DNA of 64,000 nucleotides from IMG/VR virus record IMGVR_UViG_3300030085_001980; one strand, written 5' to 3'. This DNA comes from a virus. A program made the position numbers and the translations under genes. Positions within the stretch are counted from its first letter, which is position 1; each line of letters starts with the position of its first letter. A model generated the notes under the pieces. It saw nothing but the letters and a program-made list of their open reading frames with translations, did not search any database and was not told the origin of the DNA. Below, one piece after another: positions 35,989 to 47,200 of the stretch.

Positions 35989-36620
35989 AATGCTCTGCCA
36001 AAAAATACGAGAGTGAGTCTACCACTCTGATTGTCAGTGCCAAAGAACTCACCACCAGAATGATACTTCCTACCATCAAATATAACGCATCGATTGTATC
36101 GTGCTTCAACGGTAGTGTTAGGAATGAAATGTTTATTACACTCCAACCTGTGCTTATTTAACGACTTTCTAAGATCAGGATCATCCGTATTAACATTAGT
36201 CTGAAACTCTTCAGTGTAGTTAATACTATTGTCATTGTTAGGTACATCGTAGATAGATGTTCCAGCACCCTGAGGACAATTCTCGTTGAGATATATCAGA
36301 CCACCAACACCATAATTGTCAGCATCACGATGTATCCATCCAGATTCATAATCCTCCGTACAGATGTGAAAGGTCGCATCTAATTGATCGAAGTATGTCT
36401 TCCCAGGGATATATTCAATGAGTTTGGATGCAAGTCTTTGGTGAAACATCCAATCAGTTTGGTGCAACAATGGTGCTGCACGTACACCTGGCCAGTTACC
36501 TTTATCTGGGTGATCTTTGCAGGGAAGATAATCTAAACTGAGCGCCCAGTTCCTGATAACAGAGGGCGTCTCAAAAAAGTTATCTACGACGATCGTCGGA
36601 AAAGGAATCGAAAGGGACAT
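35985..36620 (-). CDS. 2OG-Fe(II) oxygenase-like protein
   Basis: IVVDNFF...WPGVR...GWIHRD...GLIYLN...GTS...YNRCVIFDGRKYHS...RLTLVFF. Confidence 0.8.
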   Translation of the reverse strand: MSLSIPFPTIVVDNFFETPSVIRNWALSLDYLPCKDHPDKGNWPGVRAAPLLHQTDWMFHQRLASKLIEYIPGKTYFDQLDATFHICTEDYESGWIHRDADNYGVGGLIYLNENCPQGAGTSIYDVPNNDNSINYTEEFQTNVNTDDPDLRKSLNKHRLECNKHFIPNTTVEARYNRCVIFDGRKYHSGGEFFGTDNQSGRLTLVFFGRAL

Positions 36621-37199
36621 TTAGGTTCCTCCTTTGTGCCGAAGATTTTCTCTTTGAGTTTGCGTAACATAATTAAAGTTAATTACTACACGATGGGTTG
36701 ATTCCACAGGGCAGTGTGATGCGTGCATTGTGAGTCCATCGAACTCTACCAATCGACCCTTCTTCGGTGTTACTGTCTGGTGTACTTCACCATCACCACT
36801 GAAGAAATAGGTGTCACCATCACTATCGTTGACATAATATAGTGCTGTAGTGTGTGGACACTCAGCGTCAACGTGAGGCATATTATACCCCATCTTAGTA
36901 GGCAAAAGCAACCCACCCTTGACTCTCATCAACTCAAAGGTGGGATCATTTAGGAATGATAGAAACAATGGAAAACAGAAGTCCCAGTATGGTGACTCGT
37001 GTTCATTCATTCTGTCATAGAATAAATGTGCAAAACCTGCTGATCCTCTTGCATTTGGATCTATACTCTTTGCTTCATCTTCCTTGCGGTACGTTACATC
37101 AGGTAGAAATGCCCAAGGAAACTGTACATTTGTCATCATCGCCTCAATTCTGTCTTGATACAGTTTGGGGATTACATCATCAATTATTCGCAAGTGCAT
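36621..37199 (-). CDS. 2OG-Fe(II) oxygenase family protein (paralog of 34664-35281)
   Basis: MPHVDA...LYYVNDSDGDT...PKKGRLVEFDGLTMHAS...RVVINFN. Confidence 0.85.
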   Translation of the reverse strand: MHLRIIDDVIPKLYQDRIEAMMTNVQFPWAFLPDVTYRKEDEAKSIDPNARGSAGFAHLFYDRMNEHESPYWDFCFPLFLSFLNDPTFELMRVKGGLLLPTKMGYNMPHVDAECPHTTALYYVNDSDGDTYFFSGDGEVHQTVTPKKGRLVEFDGLTMHASHCPVESTHRVVINFNYVTQTQRENLRHKGGT

Positions 37200-37794
37200 A
37201 GTTAAAAGTTAAGCATACACGATCATCATCCACTCTATTAACCTGTGTGCGATGTTTCAACCACCCAGGAAATATCAGGATGTCATTAGTTTCTACGGTT
37301 ACTTCATTCCACAGGTCTATCTGTGGTTCTCCAGGTGTACCCCAGCGGTGGTATTCGAGTGGATCACGATACTCAAAAGCACCAGAACCTTCAGGTACCT
37401 TGAGATAACAAGATACCACAAGTGGGGTGCCATTGTGATAATGTTCGACTGTCCTTCCAGAACGTTTGTGTACGTTGACCCAGGATCTTACTGGTTCAGG
37501 CATACCAGGACCATAACCCCAATAGTGCCAGATAGGTAAAACTTTTGCTTGTAACCATACTAGGAACTCTTCATTGATCTCCCAGTGATGTGGTGCTTGT
37601 TCTTGATTATGAGCACTGGAAAATGCAGCACCAGTTTCTAATACAGAACCAGTGCCCCAGTGTTCTTCTGTGGCATCCATAAGTTTGCCACAGTGTTCTT
37701 GTAGCGCCTCGTTTTCGTAATTGAAGTCATATTTCAACTTCCAAATGTACGTCTTCGATTGTGCTACAGCATCAAGATCAATCGGAAGTTGCAC
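37180..37794 (-). CDS. 2OG-Fe(II) oxygenase, TIGR02466-like
   Basis: SWVNVH...EHYH...VSCYLKVP...DILIFPGWLKHRT. Likely GTG start near 37794. Confidence 0.85.
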   Translation of the reverse strand: MQLPIDLDAVAQSKTYIWKLKYDFNYENEALQEHCGKLMDATEEHWGTGSVLETGAAFSSAHNQEQAPHHWEINEEFLVWLQAKVLPIWHYWGYGPGMPEPVRSWVNVHKRSGRTVEHYHNGTPLVVSCYLKVPEGSGAFEYRDPLEYHRWGTPGEPQIDLWNEVTVETNDILIFPGWLKHRTQVNRVDDDRVCLTFNYALANN

Positions 37795-38068
37795 CAATAA
37801 CCTCCATCTCTTCAGGTTCTTCGTAGGTAGGAACTCCCACAGGAGAACTGTCACCCAGCACCTGCTCTTTACAGATCAACAGTGCATCAATAGCACCGAT
37901 AAGTTCTGAACGACGCCGAAATGCATCACTGCGCTTTTCAAACTCAATAGTAGTTACACCATAAGGATTCAGTTTCTTATTACTAAAATCCTCGTCATAC
38001 TTTTCAATCTCTTTTTCTACGAGTTCTTTCTGCGCGTAGAAGTTTTGAATAAGTTCGTCAATAGTCAT
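37778..38068 (-). CDS. Hypothetical coiled-coil protein, 96 aa
   Basis: Track ORF with 4-nt overlap to the upstream gene. Confidence 0.7.
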   Translation of the reverse strand: MTIDELIQNFYAQKELVEKEIEKYDEDFSNKKLNPYGVTTIEFEKRSDAFRRRSELIGAIDALLICKEQVLGDSSPVGVPTYEEPEEMEVIGATSD

Positions 38069-38856
38069 CGGTTTTCGCCATCAGAATGAAATTTAATTGC
38101 CTTCATAGCACGTTTGATACGTCCTTGAACATTGTCGTGGACCATATACTCAGCACGGATGGAATAGTTGAAGGCGTGTTCTAGATCCCAATCCTTTTCT
38201 TTTGCTGTGTCTATAGTCATATCATACCACGTTTTCTCCAGAGTATGTCTGGGGATGGGGATGAATTGTGCCAGAGGTGTACCTGCTTTCACAAGTGTAC
38301 CTTCTTCGCCAGTATTTAGTTCGTGCCATAGCAACTGAATGTTCACTTGCAATGCATATCGTGGATCGAACACACCAGCAACTGCTTGGAATCTTGACTC
38401 ATTGTTCCACCATACTGGTTGCTGTAGCAACACAATATCATCAGATGAACGTACACGCCAAGGTGTCTCCAGTTTAATAATGTGTGCCAGAGTATCTCTA
38501 GGACTATCAATCAAAGGCATAACCTGTGACGGATCGTGATTAGAGATGTAGTTAGTGTGCCGTGAAAACTGGTTAGGAATTTCATATGAAAATGACGTAC
38601 CATCACCATTAGTCTGGATGATAAAATCCATCGGTGCAGTTACAACGTAACCTGTACGGCATAGTTGTTTGATGCCAGGGCAATTAGCACTGTTTTGTGA
38701 TCCCATAAAGGGACATCTCTTGTCCTTTCCTTCCATCCACTGACGCTTAATTGTGTGCGTGGGGATGACAGGATAACATTCAGCAATACCTGGTTCCAGT
38801 GAGAAGAATCTGATCCAGGGTTTCTTCTTCTTAAATAAATTCAGCACGAAGTTCAT
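38065..38856 (-). CDS. Hypothetical protein of the oxygenase island (CPG...GYVV...GTPLAQFIP type)
   Basis: Long ORF; C-terminal V..GTPLAQFIPI resembles trimeric dUTPase-like beta folds (weak). Confidence 0.65.
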   Translation of the reverse strand: MNFVLNLFKKKKPWIRFFSLEPGIAECYPVIPTHTIKRQWMEGKDKRCPFMGSQNSANCPGIKQLCRTGYVVTAPMDFIIQTNGDGTSFSYEIPNQFSRHTNYISNHDPSQVMPLIDSPRDTLAHIIKLETPWRVRSSDDIVLLQQPVWWNNESRFQAVAGVFDPRYALQVNIQLLWHELNTGEEGTLVKAGTPLAQFIPIPRHTLEKTWYDMTIDTAKEKDWDLEHAFNYSIRAEYMVHDNVQGRIKRAMKAIKFHSDGENR

Positions 38857-40477
38857 CACCTCCATAAATGTATTCTTTCAAGTAATCATAATGTGAAGGA
38901 CATTCGTCAGATGATACAAAGTCATAGACTTCTTTCTCATATGTACGATGTGCATTTTCAACGAACTCTAGTTCGTCTGGATCACGATCAATCAACCAAT
39001 CACGACCCAACATCATACCCATACCAGCAGCAATGTAGTTCATACCGTTCATATTGACATCCATAGTTTGATCGAGATCAAGTGAAGAACCCATACGCTC
39101 GTAATTGTCAACAACACTTACGTTCATTGCCATTTGTTCTTCCAACCACAGATTACGCTGGGTACACCAACGCCAATACGGATTATCAGTTCTCATAGAC
39201 AGTGCATAATGCATTGCTACAAACTTACTGAAACCAATAACTTCTCGCTGTGCTGCATAGTTAAACCAGTCACGTTCCATTTGAGTAACGTAACCCTTCC
39301 TGCGATTCAGGACATCAACAAGTCTAAGAATATTCTCGTGAGTTGTCAACAACCCAGTAGACTCAAGAGGTTCAACGAAACCATAGGACAGACCAATACC
39401 AAGTACGTTTAGATTCCACGCTTTCTCGTGATAACCGTGCCTAATATCAATTTTACCAATCTCATAATCACCTGGGGGAACATCAAACTTCTCTTCAATC
39501 CACCGTTCAAACTCAGGTTCAGTCTCATTCTCCATTGCAAATCGTGAGGACCAGCAGTAACCAACACCAATACGATTCCACAAAGGAATAGTCCACATCC
39601 ACCCGTTTTCTGCTGCTTCGCAGTCAGTTACGTTGTGCATATGCTTCTCACGATGTTCCTGAGTCACATACGGAATACGCGCAAAGAATGCCTTATCGTT
39701 TGCAAGATCATCAAACTTGATGAATCGTGTTCCCAGATATTGCTCCAACAATATGCTAGAGAACCCAGTACAGTCGATAAAGAGATCTCCAATGACGCCA
39801 ATCGTTCTCTGATCTTCAATTAGTCGTACCGCAAGTTGTTTGATTTCCCTGTTAGATGCAGCAGGTGATCCACCACGTTCAATATCCTTAACGGATCCAC
39901 GTACCTCACCAATAATATGAGTGAAGCGTCCCTTTTCTGACTCAGGGTAACAGATATTATCACGCAGATACTCACCGAAAAGCGTAGCATCCATATGATA
40001 CGCTACATCAGTCAACCAGTTAAAGTTTCTCCAACGCTGATCGCGATTGTCCCACTGTTTGTTGTACTTAACCAGTGCACAATTCTCTTTGTTGAAGAAC
40101 TCAGCAAATGATTCTGGTGGGTAATCGATAGGTTTCTCTCGTGCAAGATCAAACCAATCTTTCATACCTTCTACGGTATCGCTGTAGTCATACTGTCCAA
40201 ATGGATATTGGAAAGTGCTACCCTTCTCGCGAAAGTTTGTGAACTGAATACTGTTCTTGTACGTTGCATTGCAAGCAGGCATCCAGTCTTTATCTTCCAG
40301 ACCGAGTGCTCTCATATACTTGTTAATATGTCCCAGAGTAGATTCACCCACACCTACAGTGGGTTTGTCACTCTCTACCAGGACAACATTCACCCAAGGA
40401 CACAACTTAAGCAGAGCAGCACAGGTCATCCAACCTGCTGATCCTCCACCTACAATTACAATGTTTTCAACCTTCAT
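38831..40477 (-). CDS. Flavin-dependent (tryptophan-type) halogenase
   Basis: IVGGGSAGW, VGVGES, CNATYK (catalytic Lys region), GWMWTIP (WxWxIP), FVEPLESTG. Confidence 0.92.
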   Translation of the reverse strand: MKVENIVIVGGGSAGWMTCAALLKLCPWVNVVLVESDKPTVGVGESTLGHINKYMRALGLEDKDWMPACNATYKNSIQFTNFREKGSTFQYPFGQYDYSDTVEGMKDWFDLAREKPIDYPPESFAEFFNKENCALVKYNKQWDNRDQRWRNFNWLTDVAYHMDATLFGEYLRDNICYPESEKGRFTHIIGEVRGSVKDIERGGSPAASNREIKQLAVRLIEDQRTIGVIGDLFIDCTGFSSILLEQYLGTRFIKFDDLANDKAFFARIPYVTQEHREKHMHNVTDCEAAENGWMWTIPLWNRIGVGYCWSSRFAMENETEPEFERWIEEKFDVPPGDYEIGKIDIRHGYHEKAWNLNVLGIGLSYGFVEPLESTGLLTTHENILRLVDVLNRRKGYVTQMERDWFNYAAQREVIGFSKFVAMHYALSMRTDNPYWRWCTQRNLWLEEQMAMNVSVVDNYERMGSSLDLDQTMDVNMNGMNYIAAGMGMMLGRDWLIDRDPDELEFVENAHRTYEKEVYDFVSSDECPSHYDYLKEYIYGGDELRAEFI

Positions 40478-40485
40478 AATGATTC

Positions 40486-41964
40486 CTATTGTTCTTTATA
40501 TATGTGGGTAAGGTAGTAGTCAATGGTACGTGGATAATCCTCCATACTACGAGGTGATAATCGATCACTAATTACATCACTAAAATCTTCCAAGTGGAAA
40601 CCATTGGTCAGAGACCTAACCATCTCCCTAGAGAGTTCAGCATAGTGCTCAGGAATAATATCATATTCATATCCTCCTAGCAAGTACCCCATCCCCTCTG
40701 GAAGATAATCAAGTCTGCTCACCTTATCCCAATCCAGAGTGATAATATCAGGGAATTCACCTTCATTATCTAAGTCGTTATAGTATTTCCAGAATGGTGT
40801 GTCATCACGTACACCCATCGAGTAATGCTTAACTACAAAATCCCTGAATGATTCAAACTTTGTACGTACAGCGTGATTGAACTGCTGCCTCTTAAATGCA
40901 TTCCACGTGTTAGAAGATTTGGGTAGCACCTGTATCAGTTTCCACAAGAACTCGTGAACAGAATATAATCCACCAGATTCTAGAGGTTCAATGAAACCAG
41001 CAGATAGACCAATTCCAACAACATTTTTGTGCCATACTTTCTCACGCATTCCTGTTGGCCACTTCAACAATCTGCACTCGTGATCTTCACCTACACCCAG
41101 GTGATCTCTGAACTCTTTGAGTGCATCCTCATCAGAAATATAGTCACTACAGTAATTATATCCTGTACCAATACGTGACCAGGTAGGTACGTTCCATACC
41201 CAACCAGCACTCAATCCTGTGCAATTAGTATATGCAACCAGTTGATCTTCTTTATATTCATAATCGAGTCTAGTTGCCCAGGTGCTATCTGTCTTCAGTT
41301 CCCATCCCCAAGAGTTCCACGGTGTGTGAATCTTATTAAGTAACAGTGCCTTAAAACCTGTGCAGTCAATGTACAAATCTGCATCTACAAATCTACCAGA
41401 CTCCAAATGCAGCATAGAAATACCACCATCATCTGTTTGAATACCAGTGACAGTATCCATCATATATCCGATCTTATGCGAATACTTAGACTTTAGATAC
41501 TCAGAAAACTTTACAGCATCAATATGATAACCTACAAACCGATCAAGGTTCTCAGGATATAGTCTACGGTTTTCAATAGGATCAATGACATCAGAGAACA
41601 CTCTGCCAAATGTCATTGAGTCTACTTTATTATCACGTCTCCAGTTGAAATAATCACTGATGGGTACAACATTAGTAGTCTTCCCAAATGGATAGTGAAA
41701 GTTACCATTAGGATTAAAGTTTTGAAAACGTACTGAATGTTTATAGGTAGCATCACACGCAGGCATCCACTCCTCATCTTTGAGACCAAGATACCTTACA
41801 AAGTCATTAAAAAATTGTGTCGTCGATTCACCTACCCCAATCTTAGGAATAGATGATTCAATCAACACAATCTCTTTAGTATCACCAAAATGTTGGGACA
41901 ACATTGCTGCTGTCATCCAACCTGCACTGCCGCCACCGACAATGCAGATTTTATCCAATTTCAT
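40486..41964 (-). CDS. Flavin-dependent (tryptophan-type) halogenase
   Basis: IVGGGSAGW, IGVGES, CDATYK, GWVWNVP, FIEPLESGG. Confidence 0.92.
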   Translation of the reverse strand: MKLDKICIVGGGSAGWMTAAMLSQHFGDTKEIVLIESSIPKIGVGESTTQFFNDFVRYLGLKDEEWMPACDATYKHSVRFQNFNPNGNFHYPFGKTTNVVPISDYFNWRRDNKVDSMTFGRVFSDVIDPIENRRLYPENLDRFVGYHIDAVKFSEYLKSKYSHKIGYMMDTVTGIQTDDGGISMLHLESGRFVDADLYIDCTGFKALLLNKIHTPWNSWGWELKTDSTWATRLDYEYKEDQLVAYTNCTGLSAGWVWNVPTWSRIGTGYNYCSDYISDEDALKEFRDHLGVGEDHECRLLKWPTGMREKVWHKNVVGIGLSAGFIEPLESGGLYSVHEFLWKLIQVLPKSSNTWNAFKRQQFNHAVRTKFESFRDFVVKHYSMGVRDDTPFWKYYNDLDNEGEFPDIITLDWDKVSRLDYLPEGMGYLLGGYEYDIIPEHYAELSREMVRSLTNGFHLEDFSDVISDRLSPRSMEDYPRTIDYYLTHIYKEQ

Positions 41965-41984
41965 AACGACTTTTGTTTTTTATA

Positions 41985-42509
41985 CTATACCACAGGTTCG
42001 TCGTAAGTTCTACCCCAGTTAGAGTAACGCTCCCAGCAGGGTGTTTCCTGAGGGGACAGTTTACAGGGACGATTGACTGAAGGTTCCTGTTCATCTGACA
42101 TAAAGTCAGCAACTTCTTCCTCTGTCATCGTGGGATCCATCGCTTCTTCTACAGATGAAGGAGCAGTGGTATTCTCTTTTACCTGTTTGATGTGATTAAA
42201 CCACAGTGCATCTGATCCACCAAGATCTCTACCAGCAGCAAGATCTTTGTAGAGCATATCAAGTTGCTCGCCAATTTGACCATATGCAACTGTACGTGCA
42301 GTAGCAGGATCAGTGTACGATTCAGTACGCTCAACCCAGACCATATCAGAGGCAGCAGGACTCCACTCAAGAGTCCAAGATTTAGTGACATTATCGGGTG
42401 CATTTACCCACATCTGTCCACAACCACGACCAAAGAAAAGGTCGTACTCTTCACCTGGTTCAACTACGTCAGAGACGTAACCAGTATAGTCCATTAACGC
42501 TTTCTTCAT
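41985..42509 (-). CDS. Hypothetical protein, possibly a fibre assembly partner
   Basis: Follows the Gly-rich fibre gene; R..AY..IGEQLDMLY.D...W..HI..VK pattern seen in fibre-associated phage proteins. Confidence 0.6.
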   Translation of the reverse strand: MKKALMDYTGYVSDVVEPGEEYDLFFGRGCGQMWVNAPDNVTKSWTLEWSPAASDMVWVERTESYTDPATARTVAYGQIGEQLDMLYKDLAAGRDLGGSDALWFNHIKQVKENTTAPSSVEEAMDPTMTEEEVADFMSDEQEPSVNRPCKLSPQETPCWERYSNWGRTYDEPVV

Positions 42510-42520
42510 TATTTCTTACC

Positions 42521-43321
42521 TCACTTATAGTTGATGACACAGACGATGCCGTACTTGCCGTTGGCACCACGGAAACTGTGGAAGTGACCACCCGAACCGC
42601 CTGCACCAAATGCAGCGTGGTCTTGGTGGTTATGGGAGAAGTTGCCACCATTGGGCCAACCGCCCGAGACAGCACCACCGAAGTGAGAAGAACCACCTAC
42701 TCCACCGCCACCGCCGTGGTGAGACTGTCCTCCACCACCCCAGATGTTGAGGTCACCGCCAGAACCGTTTCTGCCGAGACCGCCTGAGTGCTGGTTGTTT
42801 CTGTTAGCGCCGTGACCGCCACCTGCGCTGAGATAAGGACCGAAAGAGGAACTGCCACCGTCACCACCGTGACCGAAATACCAGGTTCCACCGCCGCCGC
42901 CTCCAACAGAGATACCTACAGATGAGATGTTAGCAACGTTCAGAACACGCTCAGAATATCCTCCAGCACCGCCAGATTCGCCGTGTCCCGATCCACCGCC
43001 GCCGCCACCTTGGACGCGAACGTGAATATATTTTACTCCAGATGGACGGTTCCACGTACCGTTACCAGTCCAAGTTTGAAGAGAGAATATGTTCTCTGAG
43101 GAGACATCCGTCCAGGACATAGATGTTCCGTTGTTAGTCAGGAATTTACCACTTTGACCACTAACGGAAGGGACAATCTGGTTAGAAGAACCAGACATCG
43201 TACCATTAATGACGATGTTGCTAACAGTTAGGGTCCCGTTAGCAGTGATATTACCTGAAGCAAGCGAAAAACCACCGATGCCAGACAGGTCTCTAATAGA
43301 TGCAACTTTAAGTGTACTCAT
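42521..43321 (-). CDS. Gly-rich fibre/adhesin-like virion protein
   Basis: MSTLKVASIRD N-terminus, WNRPSGVKYIHVRVQGGGGGG glycine-rich domain; late promoter upstream. Confidence 0.75.
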   Translation of the reverse strand: MSTLKVASIRDLSGIGGFSLASGNITANGTLTVSNIVINGTMSGSSNQIVPSVSGQSGKFLTNNGTSMSWTDVSSENIFSLQTWTGNGTWNRPSGVKYIHVRVQGGGGGGSGHGESGGAGGYSERVLNVANISSVGISVGGGGGGTWYFGHGGDGGSSSFGPYLSAGGGHGANRNNQHSGGLGRNGSGGDLNIWGGGGQSHHGGGGGVGGSSHFGGAVSGGWPNGGNFSHNHQDHAAFGAGGSGGHFHSFRGANGKYGIVCVINYK

Positions 43322-43347
43322 TTTGCCTGTTGAATTTCCTCAAAAAC

Positions 43348-43355
43348 TATTTATA
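43348..43355 (-). promoter_or_regulatory. T4-type late promoter TATAAATA
   Basis: Exact consensus, 26 nt upstream of the 43321 start. Confidence 0.8.
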
Positions 43356-43363
43356 AGAATGGA

Positions 43364-44215
43364 TCAACTATAATTCTGTCTTTCAACAATGACAGTATAA
43401 GGTTGTCCAGCGTTGATTTGATGGTTCAGAATAGTAACCTCTGCTCTTTGCAGTGTACCACCTGCACCATTGGAACCATCACGGTAAAAAACCGTGGTGT
43501 TTTGACCATTAACGGTCCAACTTGTTGGGGATCCAGTACCACCATCAAATCTGGTATATACGATAAATCGTGCTGCCTGACCTGAGTCAAGAGGTACGTT
43601 AGTAATGTTGATGGTATAATTACCACCACCAGTTTTAGTAACCCAAAGGTTACCACCAGAGTTCCAATCGTGGTTTACAGTACCACTAGACTGTACATAA
43701 TATAGGTGTTCGGTGAGACCACTATGTGAAAGTGTTCCAGTGAACTTACCGTGACCAGATTCAATATCAACGAACATTGCATATGACAGGTCGTCCTGAC
43801 CCATCACCATCCAAGTTGCGTTGTTCTCAATGGTAACAGTATAACCACTCGCAATCTCTACAGGACCAGCAGTAAAACCGTTAGTAAACTCTACACCACC
43901 GTTAAATGTTGGACCTACAGTAATGTTCTCTTCAATGGTAGTTCCATTTGTTCTGATGATGGAGTTTTCACCAACAGAAGGACCGCCACCACCAACATCA
44001 TCCCAACCAGGGTTACCAGCATTAGCATCTTGTAGATAAATCTGCGCTTGGTCTTCAGTGGTGTTATACACCAACGTACCATATGCAGGTGTACCCAGAG
44101 CGTTAATCTGAGACTGGTTAAGTGGAGGAAGGTTAAGTTGTTCGGAAATAGACCAGGCAGTTACCAGACCTCTGGTCGCTGCTTGTATCTGATTACCATT
44201 AATCTTGGTTGCCAT
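43364..44215 (-). CDS. Tail-fibre-like virion protein
   Basis: IRTNGTTIEENITV...AGPVEIASGYTVTIENNATW motif seen in cyanophage fibre proteins; CTAAATA upstream. Confidence 0.7.
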   Translation of the reverse strand: MATKINGNQIQAATRGLVTAWSISEQLNLPPLNQSQINALGTPAYGTLVYNTTEDQAQIYLQDANAGNPGWDDVGGGGPSVGENSIIRTNGTTIEENITVGPTFNGGVEFTNGFTAGPVEIASGYTVTIENNATWMVMGQDDLSYAMFVDIESGHGKFTGTLSHSGLTEHLYYVQSSGTVNHDWNSGGNLWVTKTGGGNYTINITNVPLDSGQAARFIVYTRFDGGTGSPTSWTVNGQNTTVFYRDGSNGAGGTLQRAEVTILNHQINAGQPYTVIVERQNYS

Positions 44216-44240
44216 ATTGGTCCTAGAGTTCCTGTTCTAT

Positions 44241-47200
44241 TTAGATAACGAGTTCCCTGATCTGGATAACATCACCAGTTGCAGGGGCAGTGCTAATACT
44301 AAAGTCAACCGCGTTCCCGTTCACGTTGTAGTCAACACCAGGAATCTGTGCAACACCATTAAGGAATACGAGGACAGAATATGAAGTGTGACCAGCACTA
44401 ATAGCAAAGGAAGTTGTGGAACCATTTCCATTATATGTGACGCCGTTATTGCCGTTAGCAAGACCAGTCGCCAATCTATATTTATCAGCGGCACCGTAAG
44501 ATCCAGTGACATCGATGTTTCCATCGAAGAATGTATTACCACTGACCTTAAGTCTGTTATTAACATCGGGTGCCATACCGATACCATAGTTGGTAACACC
44601 ACTGAAACGACGTGCAGTGATAGGACCAGTATCGGTCATACCAAACTTATACCACGTACCTGCTTCATAGATCCAACCAAGTGAATCACCAGCAACCCAG
44701 TCAATGTTGTAGATCAAATCTCCATCATTGAATGCCTGAGTGTTATCAATATCAGGTTGTCCAGATCCATCATCCTCAGCAAGGAATGTCTGTCTCAGAA
44801 CAGTACCATCATCGTTAGCATAAGTAAGTTTTGCTACCTGTACATTCTCAGTGTTGGTAATTCTCTTCTGGAAAGTAACAGGACCAGAGAAGACAGATTC
44901 CAACTGGTTAGATGCACCACCGATAACAGTCAGTTTGTCGGTAAGAACAACCTCAGAGAAAGTCTGAATGGTAGTATTTTCTTCACCAACAACATTCAAC
45001 TGTGCAATATCTTCGTTAGTGATCTGACCCGTAACAGGGTTAATCACCTGGTTACCAACGAACAGTTCACCGTCAGAGTTCACACCAGAGTAGTATGCAA
45101 CACCTGCCGCTTCTTTTAGCGACTGTGACAGACGTACTTGTTGTGGTGTAAGAACTTCAACCTGAGTTGATGGGAATGCGGTGGAGTAGTTACCAGGACC
45201 GAAACCAAGATATTCAAACGTGTGACCAGATGCTCTAAGAATAGAGTATCTTCTCAATTCACAAAGGATAGGTGCGACAGAGTTGTCAGCGTTAAGTTTC
45301 AGAGCAATCTTACGCTCTTCTTCATCACCAAGACGTGCAGTAACAACAATACTGTTCAATGTGTTTGCAGTAGTGTTATATCCCAGGTTGTTTTCCTGTT
45401 CCAACAGGAAGAACTGGGTAGTTTCTTTGGTGATAGAGAGTTTCTTGTCTTCAGCAGGATTAGGTTGTGCACCATCAGTTGTGGTAACAGCACCAATAAT
45501 CTCGTTAGATGCAACAGAAACAGCAGGTGCAGGGTCTGCAACAGGATTGTCTCTGTCAAATGTAGGATAAACGTCTACAGTCTGCTGAGAGAATGAGAAG
45601 TCATCGAAGTTGGACGTTGCAGGAGCAACAGATGCGTTCAGAACTGACAGATAGTAGATACCATCAGAAACACCACGCTCAAACTCTTGATATGTTTCAA
45701 CTTCAAAGATGTAGTACGTTTTGTCGTACGCTGGAGAGTTAGTCTCTGACGATCTAGGTTGAATAACGAAACCAGTGATGGGAGGACGAGGAATCGGGAA
45801 TGCATCCTTGTTCAGAACATAGCGGAAGCGATAGATTCTGTCCTTCAGATCACGAGCATCAGGTACACGACGTATAAAAGTAGTAGGAGTAAATCCAAGG
45901 TTATTATACTGCGAGTTTGCAATCAGTGTAGTATAAATGTCATTGTTTGCAGAGTCAACTTGAATGTACCAGTTAGACTGTGCAGTGTCATATTTGATTG
46001 GAGATGCATCATCACCAGGAGAAGTACCAGTTACTTCAGGACCTGATGGATCAATCTTTGCAGTGTGTGTTGTAGGGTTATTTGCACCTGCTGCAATCAA
46101 CAGTACGTTGACTTTATCGGGCAGTGTGGGTGAATCTCTACGTGCACCAATCGTATAACCCTGAATCTTGCTAGGGGGTTTTGCATTCTGATTGGTGTAA
46201 CCATACAAGAACAGTTTTGTAGGATCTGCTGCTGCCTTGATCTTCTGAATGTCAAGTGTTACCCAGTTGATCGAAACTTCCGCAACATCATCTAGTGCTT
46301 TTGGAGGGATAACGTGCGTAATCTGTCCTGCCTTATCCTTTGTAAATGCTGCTCTCTTAAATCCCTTAGATCTAAGTGAGGTATTTCCGAAATTACTATT
46401 ACTGTTGGTAATAGAAAGGTCACCCCCACTGTCAGAGAAGAAATGATCGCCAAATCCCACAGCGAACACAGACACAACCTGAATGAATGAGTCATTGGAT
46501 GCCTTAATGTGGCAATGACGCCATCCTTTACGGTATTTTGCCAAACCATCAATGTGGGCACCTGATCCCGCTGCCTGTGCTTCATAATTACCCGTCGAAG
46601 GATTATATTTTACAAAGGCACGGTCATCTTTCTGTAGTGATATGCCAGTAAACTGAGCGACCACCATCGATTTGAAACCAGTTGCCTTTGAACCATCGGC
46701 GTGCATCCCTTGGATACCCCACACACTTCTCAGTGATAGGTTAAATGCATAGGGAGATGCAGAGTCAACGGTGTCAATTTCAACTTTAACCAGTACGTTG
46801 GAACCAATAGCGTTGCCTGTTGGTTCAGATGACATCTGATAGGTAAACTGGTTACCCTGTGCAGATGTTACAAGGAAGGATCCGTTATATAGATTTGAAT
46901 CTGCCTCAGTAGGTCCCGTGACGCCTGAGATGTTGACCGCGACCCCGACAGAGAAACCGTGATTAACAGGGTTATCCTGAATATCGACAGTAAATGCTGT
47001 TGCTGTTTGTCCATTACGGATGATCTGGGAAACTCTGAATTCGTCGGAAATCGGACCAACAATTCTGTTTTCTTCGACCCTTGCCTGAATCTGGTCTTGT
47101 GCAATGTTACCAGAAGTGTCAGGAATCGTAGCGTACGCTTTAGAGATCTTCTGATAGTAAAGATCCAGGTCAGTTGTAGTGGCGTACTCGAAGCAAGTAA

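Noticed and set aside
42521-43321. Gly-rich protein as collagen (prolyl-hydroxylase substrate)
   Set aside because: The glycine runs are GGGG/GGxGG, not (G-X-Y)n triplets.
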